From a virus (lineage: Duplodnaviria > Caudoviricetes), in IMG/VR virus record IMGVR_UViG_3300037483_000743, positions 1 through 45,384 of that record: a DNA stretch of 45,384 nucleotides; one strand, written 5' to 3'. Shown here one piece after another: positions 16,533 to 25,425 of the stretch (positions are counted from its first letter, which is position 1; every line of letters begins with the position of its first letter). The position numbers were made by a program, and so were the translations under genes. The notes beneath the pieces were generated by a model. That model made no database searches. It was not told the origin of the DNA and worked only from the letters and a program-made list of their open reading frames with translations.

Positions 16533-17435
16533 TTAGTCGCCGATCACGTAGAAGAGCCAGCCGACGAGCTTGCCGGCGTCGAGGGGATCGACTCCAACCG
16601 TCATCGTGACTTCCTTGGCGGCCGTGAGCTTGATCGGGGTGGCGACGCCGGCAGCTGCCAGACCATCAGGGACAACGACCTTGTACTTCACCGCATCCCA
16701 GAAGGTGCCTGACTCGATCGCCGTCGCGGTGATGAGGTCGTTGGCGCCGAGAATGCTGAGCGCCATGGTGGCCTTATCGACTCCGGCTCCGGTGGTCGGC
16801 GAGTGGAACGTGGTCAGGATCTCGACGCCGCCTCCGAGCACGATGGCGTTGTCGGGCAGCGTCACACCGAGGCCGTGGGCATCAACCGTGCGTTGAGCGG
16901 CGACGGCAGACGGGTCGAAGGTGAAGCGGGCCACACGGAGCAGACCGAGACCGTCGGCAGCGCCCGTCAGCTCGTCGCCAAGCTCCGTTTCGCTGTCAAC
17001 AGCGCCGGCTGCGATCTGAGCGGTATCGACCGCATCATTGGCGATCGCGACCGATGCGCCCACCGGAATGTGAAGGACGTTGATTCGCTCCGTCGCGTTC
17101 GCGCCGACGGCCTCCAACGCGATACCGAAGAACGCGTCCATAGCGGTGGCCACGTTGTTCAGGTTGACCGCGCCCGTGCCTGTGCCGGTGTCGTGGTAGT
17201 AGATCGGGGCTCCGACGGCGATACCGCCACCGTCGTCATCGTCGACCACCAAGTCCCACACCTTGCCGGTGAAGTCGACCGTGGTCAGGGTCGCGGCGTT
17301 GCCGCCTTCGCCCTCATCGGTCAGGGCCACACCCGTCAGCTGCCCGTAGCGCACGGGGGCGCCGCTTACGGGGGAGGCGGGGTGCGAGCACGCGACCGAG
17401 AGGATGTTCTCTGCGTAGACTTCTGTAGTAGCCAT
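16533..17435 (-). CDS. Capsid cement/decoration protein (DUF2190-like) with extra C-terminal domain
   Basis: V.SG.PV..G.L.GVALTD...G.W.L...IAVG.PIY...FGIALE motif upstream of the capsid gene, then a stalk-like repeat and a beta domain. Confidence 0.75.
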   Translation of the reverse strand: MATTEVYAENILSVACSHPASPVSGAPVRYGQLTGVALTDEGEGGNAATLTTVDFTGKVWDLVVDDDDGGGIAVGAPIYYHDTGTGTGAVNLNNVATAMDAFFGIALEAVGANATERINVLHIPVGASVAIANDAVDTAQIAAGAVDSETELGDELTGAADGLGLLRVARFTFDPSAVAAQRTVDAHGLGVTLPDNAIVLGGGVEILTTFHSPTTGAGVDKATMALSILGANDLITATAIESGTFWDAVKYKVVVPDGLAAAGVATPIKLTAAKEVTMTVGVDPLDAGKLVGWLFYVIGD

Positions 17436-17438
17436 CTG

Positions 17439-18770
17439 CTACCTTCCTTTGGCCATCGCGGTGGCCTGCTCTTCGCTGTAGCCCATGCTGCGGTAGGATT
17501 CCGCCAGCCGGGCCTCAACGGTGGACGTGTCGTCTTCGGGCTCGTCGGAAGCACCCATGCCGCGGATGCGGCCGGAGCCGGTAACGCGCGCCAGGTAGTC
17601 GACCTCGGCCTTGACGGCTTCCTCGACCTTGGTCTTGTAGGCGTCCTTGTCGAGCGCGCCGTCCGTGACCACAGGGGACTTGCTGAGCGATTCCAGCAGG
17701 CGCGCATGGGTCAGCTCAGGCAGGTCGGCGGGCAGGGTCTCCGCTACGAAGGCGCGAGCCTCGGAGAGGATCTGTCCTTCCCGCAGTCGCGCGAGTTCGG
17801 TCTCGCGTTCCGCCAGGGCTGTGGTCAGCTCCTGGGTCTTGGCCTCAGACACGGCGAGCGCGTCGCGGGCCTCTTTGAGTTCCTGTTCATTCGCCATGTC
17901 ATCCTCCAAGTATGTGGGGCGTAGCTCTTCGGTCCGGGGAGCCCGGGCCGCTTCAAAGAGGGAGAGAATCTGTCCGCCTGCTCCGGCGGCTGTTACAACG
18001 TCGACGCTGCGTGCGGCGACGAGTTCGGAGATGATGGGCATGTTCACGCCGTCCACCTCGCCCATGGCGGCGCGGCCGGAGGCCACGATGCTCATGCCGA
18101 TGTGAGGGGCGAGCTCGGCCACGGCGTCGCGATAGGGGCTGAACACCTCGAGGTCGGCGTACAGGCCCGGACCAGCGGCCCCGGCGGCCTCCCAGCGGGC
18201 GTCAGAGGCGAGCGTACCGGCCAGGTCACGGAGCGAGCGCTCGGGGCGTTCGGATTCTTCCGTGGCCGTGGGATGATCCCAATAGCTGTGCAGGCCCTTA
18301 CGAAATACCAGCGGGCCGTCACGCTCCAAGACTTCAGCCGGGTAGTAGCCGCTGGACCCACGTCCCGGAGAGATGATCTTGATGGGCACGGTTCCGTCGC
18401 GCCGGACCGATGCCTCAATGAGCGGCACGCATTCGCCCACGATCTCGGCTTCGGTGACACCCACAGGCTCGGCCACCACGTCCCACACAGTGCGACGCTG
18501 CACCACGGTCATGTCGTCGCCGAGCGTTACCTCGCCTTCGGCGGCGAGCGTGTAGCTCACGCGGTGGTAGGCGGGGGGCGCAGCTGTCTGGCCGTCCTTG
18601 GCCTTCGGTTCCACCTCGTACACCACGGAATCGTCGTAGACGTCAGCCAGCCACACGTAGGCGTCCGGGTGCCGCATGCGTATCTCGGTGCGCAGGGCGT
18701 CGTGGATGTCGGAGTGGGAGAGTTCGGCCTCCAGGAGCATCTTCAGTTGCCGCTCAAGCTTTCGACCCAT
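17439..18770 (-). CDS. Prohead protease / scaffold fusion
   Basis: IISPG.GSSGYYPAEVL...YWDHP...RS.RDLAG...IG.SI.A.G...SVD.V...GAGG protease core plus coiled-coil tail; ATG at 18770 with AGGAGG RBS. Confidence 0.85.
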   Translation of the reverse strand: MGRKLERQLKMLLEAELSHSDIHDALRTEIRMRHPDAYVWLADVYDDSVVYEVEPKAKDGQTAAPPAYHRVSYTLAAEGEVTLGDDMTVVQRRTVWDVVAEPVGVTEAEIVGECVPLIEASVRRDGTVPIKIISPGRGSSGYYPAEVLERDGPLVFRKGLHSYWDHPTATEESERPERSLRDLAGTLASDARWEAAGAAGPGLYADLEVFSPYRDAVAELAPHIGMSIVASGRAAMGEVDGVNMPIISELVAARSVDVVTAAGAGGQILSLFEAARAPRTEELRPTYLEDDMANEQELKEARDALAVSEAKTQELTTALAERETELARLREGQILSEARAFVAETLPADLPELTHARLLESLSKSPVVTDGALDKDAYKTKVEEAVKAEVDYLARVTGSGRIRGMGASDEPEDDTSTVEARLAESYRSMGYSEEQATAMAKGR

Positions 18771-18780
18771 GGGGCCTCCT

Positions 18781-19614
18781 TCAGGCTTTCTTGTCTGGCG
18801 CGAGTCGCGTGAGTCCGGCACAGCGACAGGCCGGGTGTTGCAGGGGTCGGTCCTTGCCGCTCGGGTAGGGGTCGGCCAGAGGAATCCAACCGGCGGCTTC
18901 GTTGGCGAGACACTCGGCCGACACCCTGGAGTCACCCACTGAAAGCCACGATTTCTCCATATCCAGGCCCGCGGCTGCCAGCTCTTGGCCCACCAGCATG
19001 TTCCCGTGCTCGTAGGCTTCGCCGGCCTCGGTCGTGGCAATGAGATGCGCCCGACTCCGAATGTGCTTCTGTGGCTTTCCGACGCTGAAGCCGTCGTAGA
19101 GCGTCTTTAGTTCCTTGGCCGTACGGTTGTAACTCCACCCCTCGTCGACAGCCTGCGTCATGATGGTCCGCACTCGAGACCGCGTCGTGTCGTTGATGCC
19201 TTTGACCAGATCCGCCCCGTGGTCCTCCAGGTAGGCTTTCGCCGCCGGGTGTTTGAGGTCGAAGGCGATCGTGGTTTTCAGATCGGCCATGCCGACCCGC
19301 AATCCGGCCTCGAGGGCCTGCCGGGCGATGGTTGATATCGGCCCTTCGAATACGGAGAGCGTCTCAAGCTCCGCCTGGGTGAAGAGCTGTTCCCAGTCCG
19401 GGGCCTCGCTCGTGCCTTCCCGGAGAGCCTCCGCCGTGGGGAAGCGGCCCGTCTGCGTGGCCAGTCGCGCGAGAAACGCCTTGCCCTGCTGTCGGAAGGC
19501 GTTGCTTAGTTTCCGGTCCCCCACAAGGATCGTCTTAGCGAGCGCCCGTGTCCGGCGACGGTGAACCGCGAAGGAGAGAGCCGCCCGCGTGGCCTCAAGC
19601 AGACGCGCCGGCAA
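18781..19614 (-). CDS. Minor head morphogenesis protein (Mu gpF / SPP1 gp7-like)
   Basis: RA.LIA.TE...K.W...GD.RV...C...HP.CRC motifs. Confidence 0.88.
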   Translation of the reverse strand: MPARLLEATRAALSFAVHRRRTRALAKTILVGDRKLSNAFRQQGKAFLARLATQTGRFPTAEALREGTSEAPDWEQLFTQAELETLSVFEGPISTIARQALEAGLRVGMADLKTTIAFDLKHPAAKAYLEDHGADLVKGINDTTRSRVRTIMTQAVDEGWSYNRTAKELKTLYDGFSVGKPQKHIRSRAHLIATTEAGEAYEHGNMLVGQELAAAGLDMEKSWLSVGDSRVSAECLANEAAGWIPLADPYPSGKDRPLQHPACRCAGLTRLAPDKKA

Positions 19615-21130
19615 GCTCCCTCACCGCCTCTTCCAGATCCCGGAGTGTCTCCACCATGGCGGCCTCAACGGCTTCACCCGCGGGCGTCCCCGGTTCCGGC
19701 AGCGCGTCCAGGAGTTCGTCGATATCGTCCTGACCCAAAGCCGAGAGCACCATGCGCGCAACGGTCTGCATGTCCATGGTGCCCGCCAGAGCCTTCCCGT
19801 CCAGGGTGGCGCCGGTGACGATGGCTTCGAGGTGCGCCGCGATGTCGCCCTCCACCACGGGGGGGAAATCCACGTCCGTCTGCAGGTCTTCCTCTGGTAT
19901 CCCCACGCGCAGGGGGCCGCTCGGGGCTTTGCGCGCCCACTCGATGGCGTAGTCGACCAGCGCGGTCAGGGTGTCTATCCAGAGGGTTTGCCGGTCGGAG
20001 AACTTCAGCTCAGTTGGACGGTCGAGACTCTTGGCCGTCGCGACTGTGCCTACGGAAGCGTCGCCGTAGAATGTCTCAGGCAGTCCCATGGCGGCCGCCA
20101 CCATCAAGAGGCCACGGCGCCCGTCTTCGGCCTTGGTGGTCGCCCCGGCCGTGCGGATGGGATCGAGGTCATTCCCGGGGGCCATGATGGCCGTGGAGCC
20201 GGTGAGCGGCGGCGGGTTTGAATCAACTCCCCCGCTCATGGTGGTACCGAGAGCCGCCTTGGCTCCGGCGACCGCGGAAGCCTGGGGCACCTTACGCCGC
20301 CAGGCGAAGCGCGCGTAGGCCTTGACGAGGCTGAACCAGTTCTCCAGGAACTCCTTGTAGGCCCGGGCCCAATCGATGGCCGAGTAAGCCTCGGGAAGGC
20401 CGAAGCGCATGTGCGCGAAGCCGCCCACCTTGACGTGACAGACCGGGCTCTCCCACAGTACGGGCTTGCCGTCGATGGACTTGAGGCGCGCCCCGCCCGT
20501 GGGTTGGTAGCGCCAGTCCGGGTAGTAGGCGGTCTGTTGCCGGTCACGGTCGAAGCGGCCGGACGATGTGTCGAACTTGGCCGCCGTCCACACCCGCTTG
20601 TAGTACCAGGGCTCCTTGCGGTACTCGGGATTCATGATGATGTCGTCGATCTCTTCCACGGGGATGGAGGCCACGCGGACCGCGCCCGTCGAGATATTCG
20701 GGAACAGCGCCAGGAAGACGTTCCCGGCGGCGCCCAGCTCCACCTCTTTCAGCCCCAGCTCCTGGTGGGAGAACTCAGCCCGGTTGGCCTCGAGGAAATC
20801 CTGAACGACGGCGTTCACGTCTTCGTTCTTGGCCTTGATCGAGACGCCTTGCCCGAACACGTAGAGGCGGGAGAGTTCCACTGAGCGGTTGATCAGGGGG
20901 TTCTTGATGTAATGGATGCGACAGAGCTGGATGATGCGCGCCAGTCCCGCCCGGCTGAACTCGTCGGCGCCTTCGATGGAGAGCCGCGTCCAGTTCATAT
21001 CCTCAAGGGCCAGCTCCAGCTCGGCCAGACGCTCCTGCAGGAACTCGGTGTTGTCCGCGAGCTGCCGGTTCTCCTCGCGGAGATCGTCAACGGCGGAATC
21101 AGCTCCCCGCAGGGCGTCCAGGAATCCCAT
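19595..21130 (-). CDS. Portal protein
   Basis: Directly after TerL; about 511 aa; NPLI.R...YVFG.G...G.PE...G.PE.F.GD motifs. Confidence 0.85.
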   Translation of the reverse strand: MGFLDALRGADSAVDDLREENRQLADNTEFLQERLAELELALEDMNWTRLSIEGADEFSRAGLARIIQLCRIHYIKNPLINRSVELSRLYVFGQGVSIKAKNEDVNAVVQDFLEANRAEFSHQELGLKEVELGAAGNVFLALFPNISTGAVRVASIPVEEIDDIIMNPEYRKEPWYYKRVWTAAKFDTSSGRFDRDRQQTAYYPDWRYQPTGGARLKSIDGKPVLWESPVCHVKVGGFAHMRFGLPEAYSAIDWARAYKEFLENWFSLVKAYARFAWRRKVPQASAVAGAKAALGTTMSGGVDSNPPPLTGSTAIMAPGNDLDPIRTAGATTKAEDGRRGLLMVAAAMGLPETFYGDASVGTVATAKSLDRPTELKFSDRQTLWIDTLTALVDYAIEWARKAPSGPLRVGIPEEDLQTDVDFPPVVEGDIAAHLEAIVTGATLDGKALAGTMDMQTVARMVLSALGQDDIDELLDALPEPGTPAGEAVEAAMVETLRDLEEAVRELAGASA

Positions 21131-21142
21131 GCTCACCTCGCG

Positions 21143-22669
21143 CTAGTAGGGTGATATTGCGTACGGCTCTTCCCACGTCACGAAGCCCGGTCCCGCATCC
21201 GGCTCCGGAGCCCAGAACGCCTGAATCACGGCGTCGGCAGAGTCAGTGGAGCGGCCGATGCGCTTGCGGATATCGTCCTTGGACTCGACCTGAATACGGC
21301 CGCCGGAGGTCACCCGCCAGTGGGGCGCAGTCAGATCTCCGGTCAGGAGATCGTCAGGCGGTAGCTCGATCTCAAAGCCGTTCCCGGGGTCCAGCAGCTC
21401 GCGCATAGTCCACCAGGCGGCGCTCCGTTTGTTGACGTAGCCAAGTTCGCCGGACATATCGGTCCGCGGCGTCCCCTCGCCTGCGTTGAACGCCTCCACG
21501 GGAAGCCGCATCTCCCGCAGCCGGTCCACAACCCCGGCGCCGATACCGATCACGTCCACAACGGCATAGCCGCTGCCTGCTCCTTGCAGCACGCCTACCA
21601 CCCGGCCTGTCGTGGCCATGGTGTCCTCCAGGTGGCTATGACGTAGCTCTTCGATGCGGCGGCCGTAGCGGGGAGCAATGACCGTGAAGTCAGCGCCGCT
21701 GCGGGCCACATCGACCCCGCAGCAGGTGAAAGGTGCGCGCGGCTGCGTCCGGTTGGCCTCCCAGCGGGCCATGGCCGCTTCGACCCAGGCGAGCGGGATC
21801 ACGCTGTCTTCGTCGCTGCTACAGAATTCGCCCAGGACACGGTTCTGGAACACAGCCGAATCGCGGCCCCACTGCCGTGCCCGCTGCTCCACCCACTCCG
21901 CGCTCACGCGCTCGGCGGCGATGGCCTCGTCCAGAGTCACGTGCCGGACCCACCAGTCCTCGTAACCCGCGGCCCGGCGCTGGATGTCGTAGAAGCGTCC
22001 TGCGGGCTCCCCGGGCGTGGAGACGGCCAGCGCCAGAGCCTCAAGCGCCGTATCCCCCCCGGCGCCGGAGAACGCGCCCTCGGCGGCGTCCCAGGTGTCC
22101 GGTGGGATGGCCTTCGACTCATCGAAGAGGTAGAGGATGTGGTCGGCGTGGGCACCCTCGATCAGTGCCGGCTGATTGCTGGCAACGGCGGAGGCGGCCC
22201 CGGAGGCCAACTTCAGATTCAGGTGCAGGAGCTCGTTGTCCGTGAGCGGCGGGCGCCCGAGCACGTCAAAGCGCAGGAGGCGCGCCCACTTGTGGATCTC
22301 TGGCCAGAGGTAGACCTCGAGCTGCCGCCAGGCGGAGGCGGTCGTGATGATCTTCCAGTCTTCGCCGTCACGGGTGAGTCCGAACCATAAGACGATCCAC
22401 GCGGCCAGCGCCGTCTTCCCCAGCCCGTGGGGACCCCGTACCGATACCCGCCTCCGCTCGGGGAGCGCCGCCATGATCTCCAGCTGATAGACCGTCGGGT
22501 GCTTGCCTTCCGGCCAGCGGATGCAATCACGGAGGAAGCCGACGGGGTCGGACCAGTAGCGGCGCACGCCGGATGATCTACGTTTCCGGGCCTCCAACGT
22601 CGCCAGTCGCTCGCGCTGGTCCCGGAGCACCTGGAGGCGCGCCCTCTTCTCCCTCTTCGTCGCTCTCAA
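21143..22669 (-). CDS. terL: Terminase large subunit
   Basis: Walker A GPHGLGKT, Walker B LYLFDE, STP motif, GVDVARSG.D nuclease motif, ESK..I.KR.GRS.D.ADA. Confidence 0.93.
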   Translation of the reverse strand: MRATKREKRARLQVLRDQRERLATLEARKRRSSGVRRYWSDPVGFLRDCIRWPEGKHPTVYQLEIMAALPERRRVSVRGPHGLGKTALAAWIVLWFGLTRDGEDWKIITTASAWRQLEVYLWPEIHKWARLLRFDVLGRPPLTDNELLHLNLKLASGAASAVASNQPALIEGAHADHILYLFDESKAIPPDTWDAAEGAFSGAGGDTALEALALAVSTPGEPAGRFYDIQRRAAGYEDWWVRHVTLDEAIAAERVSAEWVEQRARQWGRDSAVFQNRVLGEFCSSDEDSVIPLAWVEAAMARWEANRTQPRAPFTCCGVDVARSGADFTVIAPRYGRRIEELRHSHLEDTMATTGRVVGVLQGAGSGYAVVDVIGIGAGVVDRLREMRLPVEAFNAGEGTPRTDMSGELGYVNKRSAAWWTMRELLDPGNGFEIELPPDDLLTGDLTAPHWRVTSGGRIQVESKDDIRKRIGRSTDSADAVIQAFWAPEPDAGPGFVTWEEPYAISPY

Positions 22670-23042
22670 GTTCCGCCTCCAGACGCGCTATCTCGGCGTC
22701 GATGGCCTCGACGGTCACAGCGACGCGACTGGAAGCCCGGCCCTCGAGCGTCTCCACCAGTTCCGAGAGATCCTTGACGGCGCGCGCCGCGACGGCCGGC
22801 TCCACGTAGCCCACGAGTTGGGGGTGGTTGCTTGTGATGCACTCCACCGTCCTGCGAATCTGGAGTGCCAGCAGGCCCATGGCGTCATCCCGGAGCTCGG
22901 CCAGACGTTCGGCTGCCTTGCGCTGCACCTGCTTCGCGGCAGCACCGTGGCTTCGACACACTGTGGCGCCACGTACCGGGTACTTCTTGCAGGGCTTCCC
23001 GGTCCGTGACGAATGGGCGGTGCAGCGTCGACTCTCGCTCAT
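22578..23042 (-). CDS. Terminase small subunit candidate with HGGxSTG-type CCCH finger
   Basis: C.A....TGKPC......ATVC..HG; lies upstream of and overlaps TerL. Confidence 0.7.
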   Translation of the reverse strand: MSESRRCTAHSSRTGKPCKKYPVRGATVCRSHGAAAKQVQRKAAERLAELRDDAMGLLALQIRRTVECITSNHPQLVGYVEPAVAARAVKDLSELVETLEGRASSRVAVTVEAIDAEIARLEAELESDEEGEEGAPPGAPGPARATGDVGGPET

Positions 23043-23677
23043 GCACCCGCCTTCTTCCGTTCGTGGTATCGGCGCCGTTCGCGTTCCCGGTGGCACGCCC
23101 GGCAGTGACGGTCACCGTTCGGGCGGATGTGGAGGTTGTCCCCGGCGTAGGGGTGGCCGTGTGGGCAGTGTGTGCGCAGGGCCGGTGCGACGCCTTCGCT
23201 CTGCTGTCGCTCCCACTCTTGGCGGCAAGGGCGGCAGCGTTGAATGCCGTCACCCTCGACGTAGATGTTGTCGCTCGTCCACTGGTGTCGACCGGCCCGG
23301 CATCGCCCTGCCCCGTTGCCTTGCCTGCCGCGGGCGACATTCTCGGCGTGGGTCACCGGCTCAACGTGCCACGGGTTCGCGCAGTGGCGCACCCGGCAAA
23401 GGTGGTCGAGTTCGAGCCCATCGGGGACGGGCCCAAACACATGCTCGTAGGCGAACCGGTGCGCGATCGTCCACCCTTCACCGCGTCGGCCTCGCCCAAT
23501 GCGCCCGTAGCCCGCCGGGGTTCGGGAGGCTGTCCAGCGCCAACAGCCGTTGTCATCGACCTGGACCTTCGCGAGAAACCGCGCAGGGAGCGCATCGACC
23601 GTGTGCGGATCGGGGGAGGGCGGGTAGTGGCCCTCAAAGTCGAGGCCGGACCGGCGTGATCTGGTAGCGTTATCCAT
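23039..23677 (-). CDS. HNH endonuclease (HNH_3 type) with two C-terminal zinc-finger repeats
   Basis: GCW.W...GYG...AHR..YE...GP.P...LDHLC....C.NP.H.EPVT..EN; ATG at 23677. Confidence 0.9.
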   Translation of the reverse strand: MDNATRSRRSGLDFEGHYPPSPDPHTVDALPARFLAKVQVDDNGCWRWTASRTPAGYGRIGRGRRGEGWTIAHRFAYEHVFGPVPDGLELDHLCRVRHCANPWHVEPVTHAENVARGRQGNGAGRCRAGRHQWTSDNIYVEGDGIQRCRPCRQEWERQQSEGVAPALRTHCPHGHPYAGDNLHIRPNGDRHCRACHRERERRRYHERKKAGA

Positions 23678-23786
23678 GTCATCACCTCGTAATAGGTGGT
23701 GGCCACGGCCCCGGACGTTGGCGCGTCGCGGGGCCACTTCGATCTGTTCCAAGTCTATCGTCCACGGGTTGTATCATCTATAGGTT

Positions 23787-23870
23787 TCAGACAGTGCCGC
23801 CGGGGATGGCCGGGTTCTTACACCGCTCGCCGTTGCGCTTCTTGGTGGCCTTGCACTGTAGGCGGTCCAC
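23787..23870 (-). pseudogene. 27-codon truncated HGGxSTG-finger (TerS N-terminus) stub
   Basis: GAGGAGGT RBS, GTG start; MDRLQCKATKKRNGERCKNPAIPGGTV-stop aligns with the TerS N-terminus, with TGA at the third Cys position. Confidence 0.65.
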
Positions 23871-24010
23871 GACGGGCACCTCCTCAGTACCTCTGCTTAT
23901 CGAGGGTCAAGGTACTCACGGGAGTCTCGCTCCCGGTGGTTTGTTGCCGCACTTGGCGGCGTCGGTGGGTCTTACGGCTTTTCGTCCTACCACCGCAGGG
24001 TCCGGGCAAT

Positions 24011-24035
24011 AGAAAAGGCCGGCATCCGCCGACCT
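24011..24035 (-). terminator. Terminator just downstream of the late promoter
   Basis: AGGUCGGC-GGAU-GCCGGCCU followed by UUUCU. Confidence 0.6.
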
Positions 24036-24062
24036 CGGGTGATAGCTTCGCTATTCTGAGCC

Positions 24063-24091
24063 AGTATGGTGTACCGTCGAGTTAAAGTCAA
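24063..24091 (-). promoter_or_regulatory. Putative late promoter (sigma70 type)
   Basis: TTGACT (24091-24086), 17-bp spacer, CATACT (24068-24063); the -35 overlaps the stop codon of the upstream regulator. Confidence 0.7.
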
Positions 24092-24717
24092 GCGCCACCA
24101 GCGTTCTGCATCCGCCCCTGTCGGATTTCTTTCCCAAGAAGAACCGCCCGGATCGTCGTCTTGGAGCAACCCAACTGCTTGGCAATGGCATGGTAGGACA
24201 GCCCTTCGATGCGTAGTTCGATGATGTCTCTATCCTTCGGACCCACCGTCCGCGTTACCACCGGCGGCTCCACCATCGGCAGCCACCCATCGCACTCTTT
24301 GGCCAGCCACTCGCGCCCCGCCTTCTCCCAGTCCTTCCTGCGTTCCGTCTCGAACCTGTCCCAGGGTTGGACATGCACCCAATACAGCGCCGAGTGCCAG
24401 TGGGGGTTGGCGACGGTGAGCTCCTGCAGCAGACCATCGAGTTGGTGCAGTTCCTCATACTGGTGCCACAGTCGTTCCCACTCGCGTATCCATGCTTCTT
24501 CGCGAAGATCACAACGTCGATCGAAGTCGGGACACACCGGACAGCGCCCATCACAGTCTGGCTCCGGCGGTGGCGGGACGTATCCCTTTGGCGGGGGTTC
24601 GTAGGTGCTCTCCCATTGGGCACGCGGGACGATTGAACCGTGTTTGTCGAGATGGGCTTCCATGAGTGGGAGCAGGTGGATGAGGGCGGCTGCGTTGTGG
24701 GCGATGCGCTCAGTCAT
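24088..24717 (-). CDS. Late transcription regulator candidate (Cys cluster plus C-terminal HTH)
   Basis: CDGRCPVC...C motif and IIELR.EGLSY.AIAKQLGCSK.TI HTH; sits at the early/late boundary, where Q/RinA-type regulators occur. Confidence 0.6.
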   Translation of the reverse strand: MTERIAHNAAALIHLLPLMEAHLDKHGSIVPRAQWESTYEPPPKGYVPPPPEPDCDGRCPVCPDFDRRCDLREEAWIREWERLWHQYEELHQLDGLLQELTVANPHWHSALYWVHVQPWDRFETERRKDWEKAGREWLAKECDGWLPMVEPPVVTRTVGPKDRDIIELRIEGLSYHAIAKQLGCSKTTIRAVLLGKEIRQGRMQNAGGA

Positions 24718-25219
24718 GGGCGGTCCTGACCAGATACCACTGCGTACCCATCCGCCTCGCACTAACGCGGCCTTGCAAGCCGGGAGTGCGAGAAATGACC
24801 GAGTGCAACGTACCGTCGCCATTAACTCCCGGCGCTGAATCGGACAGCACGACTGCTTCGTAGGGCGATGCAAGAAACGCGAAGGCCACCTCGCGAGCGC
24901 TCTTGCGAGGTGGGTCTGGTCGCATCCGTGGTCCGGGTGCCTCTACCGGTTCCCAAAAGCTGCTAGCCCATTCCCACGATGCCTCATAATCGACATCTAC
25001 GCGGGCCAAATACACATGGTCACCGGACACGTGTACGCTGACACCCAAATCTGGTTTGCGTCTCAGCGATTGGTAGTATGTTTGCCTGCAATCCCGCGGA
25101 CTTGGATAATTCCCGACCACCTCTTGCCCAAGCCTGACTATGAGCAGGCCGCTTTCTACGAATGCACGGATCACGACTAGGGGACTCTGCCATGGGAATG
25201 GCTTATCCTTGCGTCTCAC
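24710..25219 (-). CDS. Hypothetical protein with two copies of an internal domain
   Basis: GTG start coupled to the upstream stop; two F(V/L)xS...V...GxxxYLxR units. Confidence 0.6.
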   Translation of the reverse strand: MRRKDKPFPWQSPLVVIRAFVESGLLIVRLGQEVVGNYPSPRDCRQTYYQSLRRKPDLGVSVHVSGDHVYLARVDVDYEASWEWASSFWEPVEAPGPRMRPDPPRKSAREVAFAFLASPYEAVVLSDSAPGVNGDGTLHSVISRTPGLQGRVSARRMGTQWYLVRTAHD

Positions 25220-25425
25220 AACTCCACCGCCTCTCTGGATTCCATGATGGCTGCGATCTCGGGCACCGTCTCCAACTCCACCGACGCCTGTCCATTGCCG
25301 CTCCCCATGGGCAGGTAACCGAATTCCCGGCGTCCGGTGACGCAGACGCGCAGTGTCCGGGTGTGTGCGGTCGGGGTTGGTGCGTGAGAACGGAGGGCAG
25401 CGATTAGAGCGTCCGCCGCCTTCAT
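25216..25425 (-). CDS. Hypothetical protein
   Basis: Translationally coupled to the genes on both sides. Confidence 0.5.
   Translation of the reverse strand: MKAADALIAALRSHAPTPTAHTRTLRVCVTGRREFGYLPMGSGNGQASVELETVPEIAAIMESREAVEL

Noticed and set aside
11109-17924. Long plus-strand ORFs (11109-12599, 15332-16456, 16803-17924)
   Set aside because: They are antisense shadows of GC-rich structural genes, with no recognisable motifs; this is expected from the codon bias.
22578-22669. 92-nt TerS/TerL overlap as a frameshift fusion
   Set aside because: No slippery heptamer was seen, and TerL has a plausible TTG start with a GGAGG RBS.
23787-23789. Selenocysteine or readthrough at the TGA in the Cys position of the TerS stub
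   Set aside because: An in-frame TAG follows three codons later, and the HG motif does not continue.
23878-23990. Hammerhead ribozyme suggested by CUGAGGA and GAAA words
   Set aside because: The required stems and the UH cleavage triplet could not be assembled around the core.
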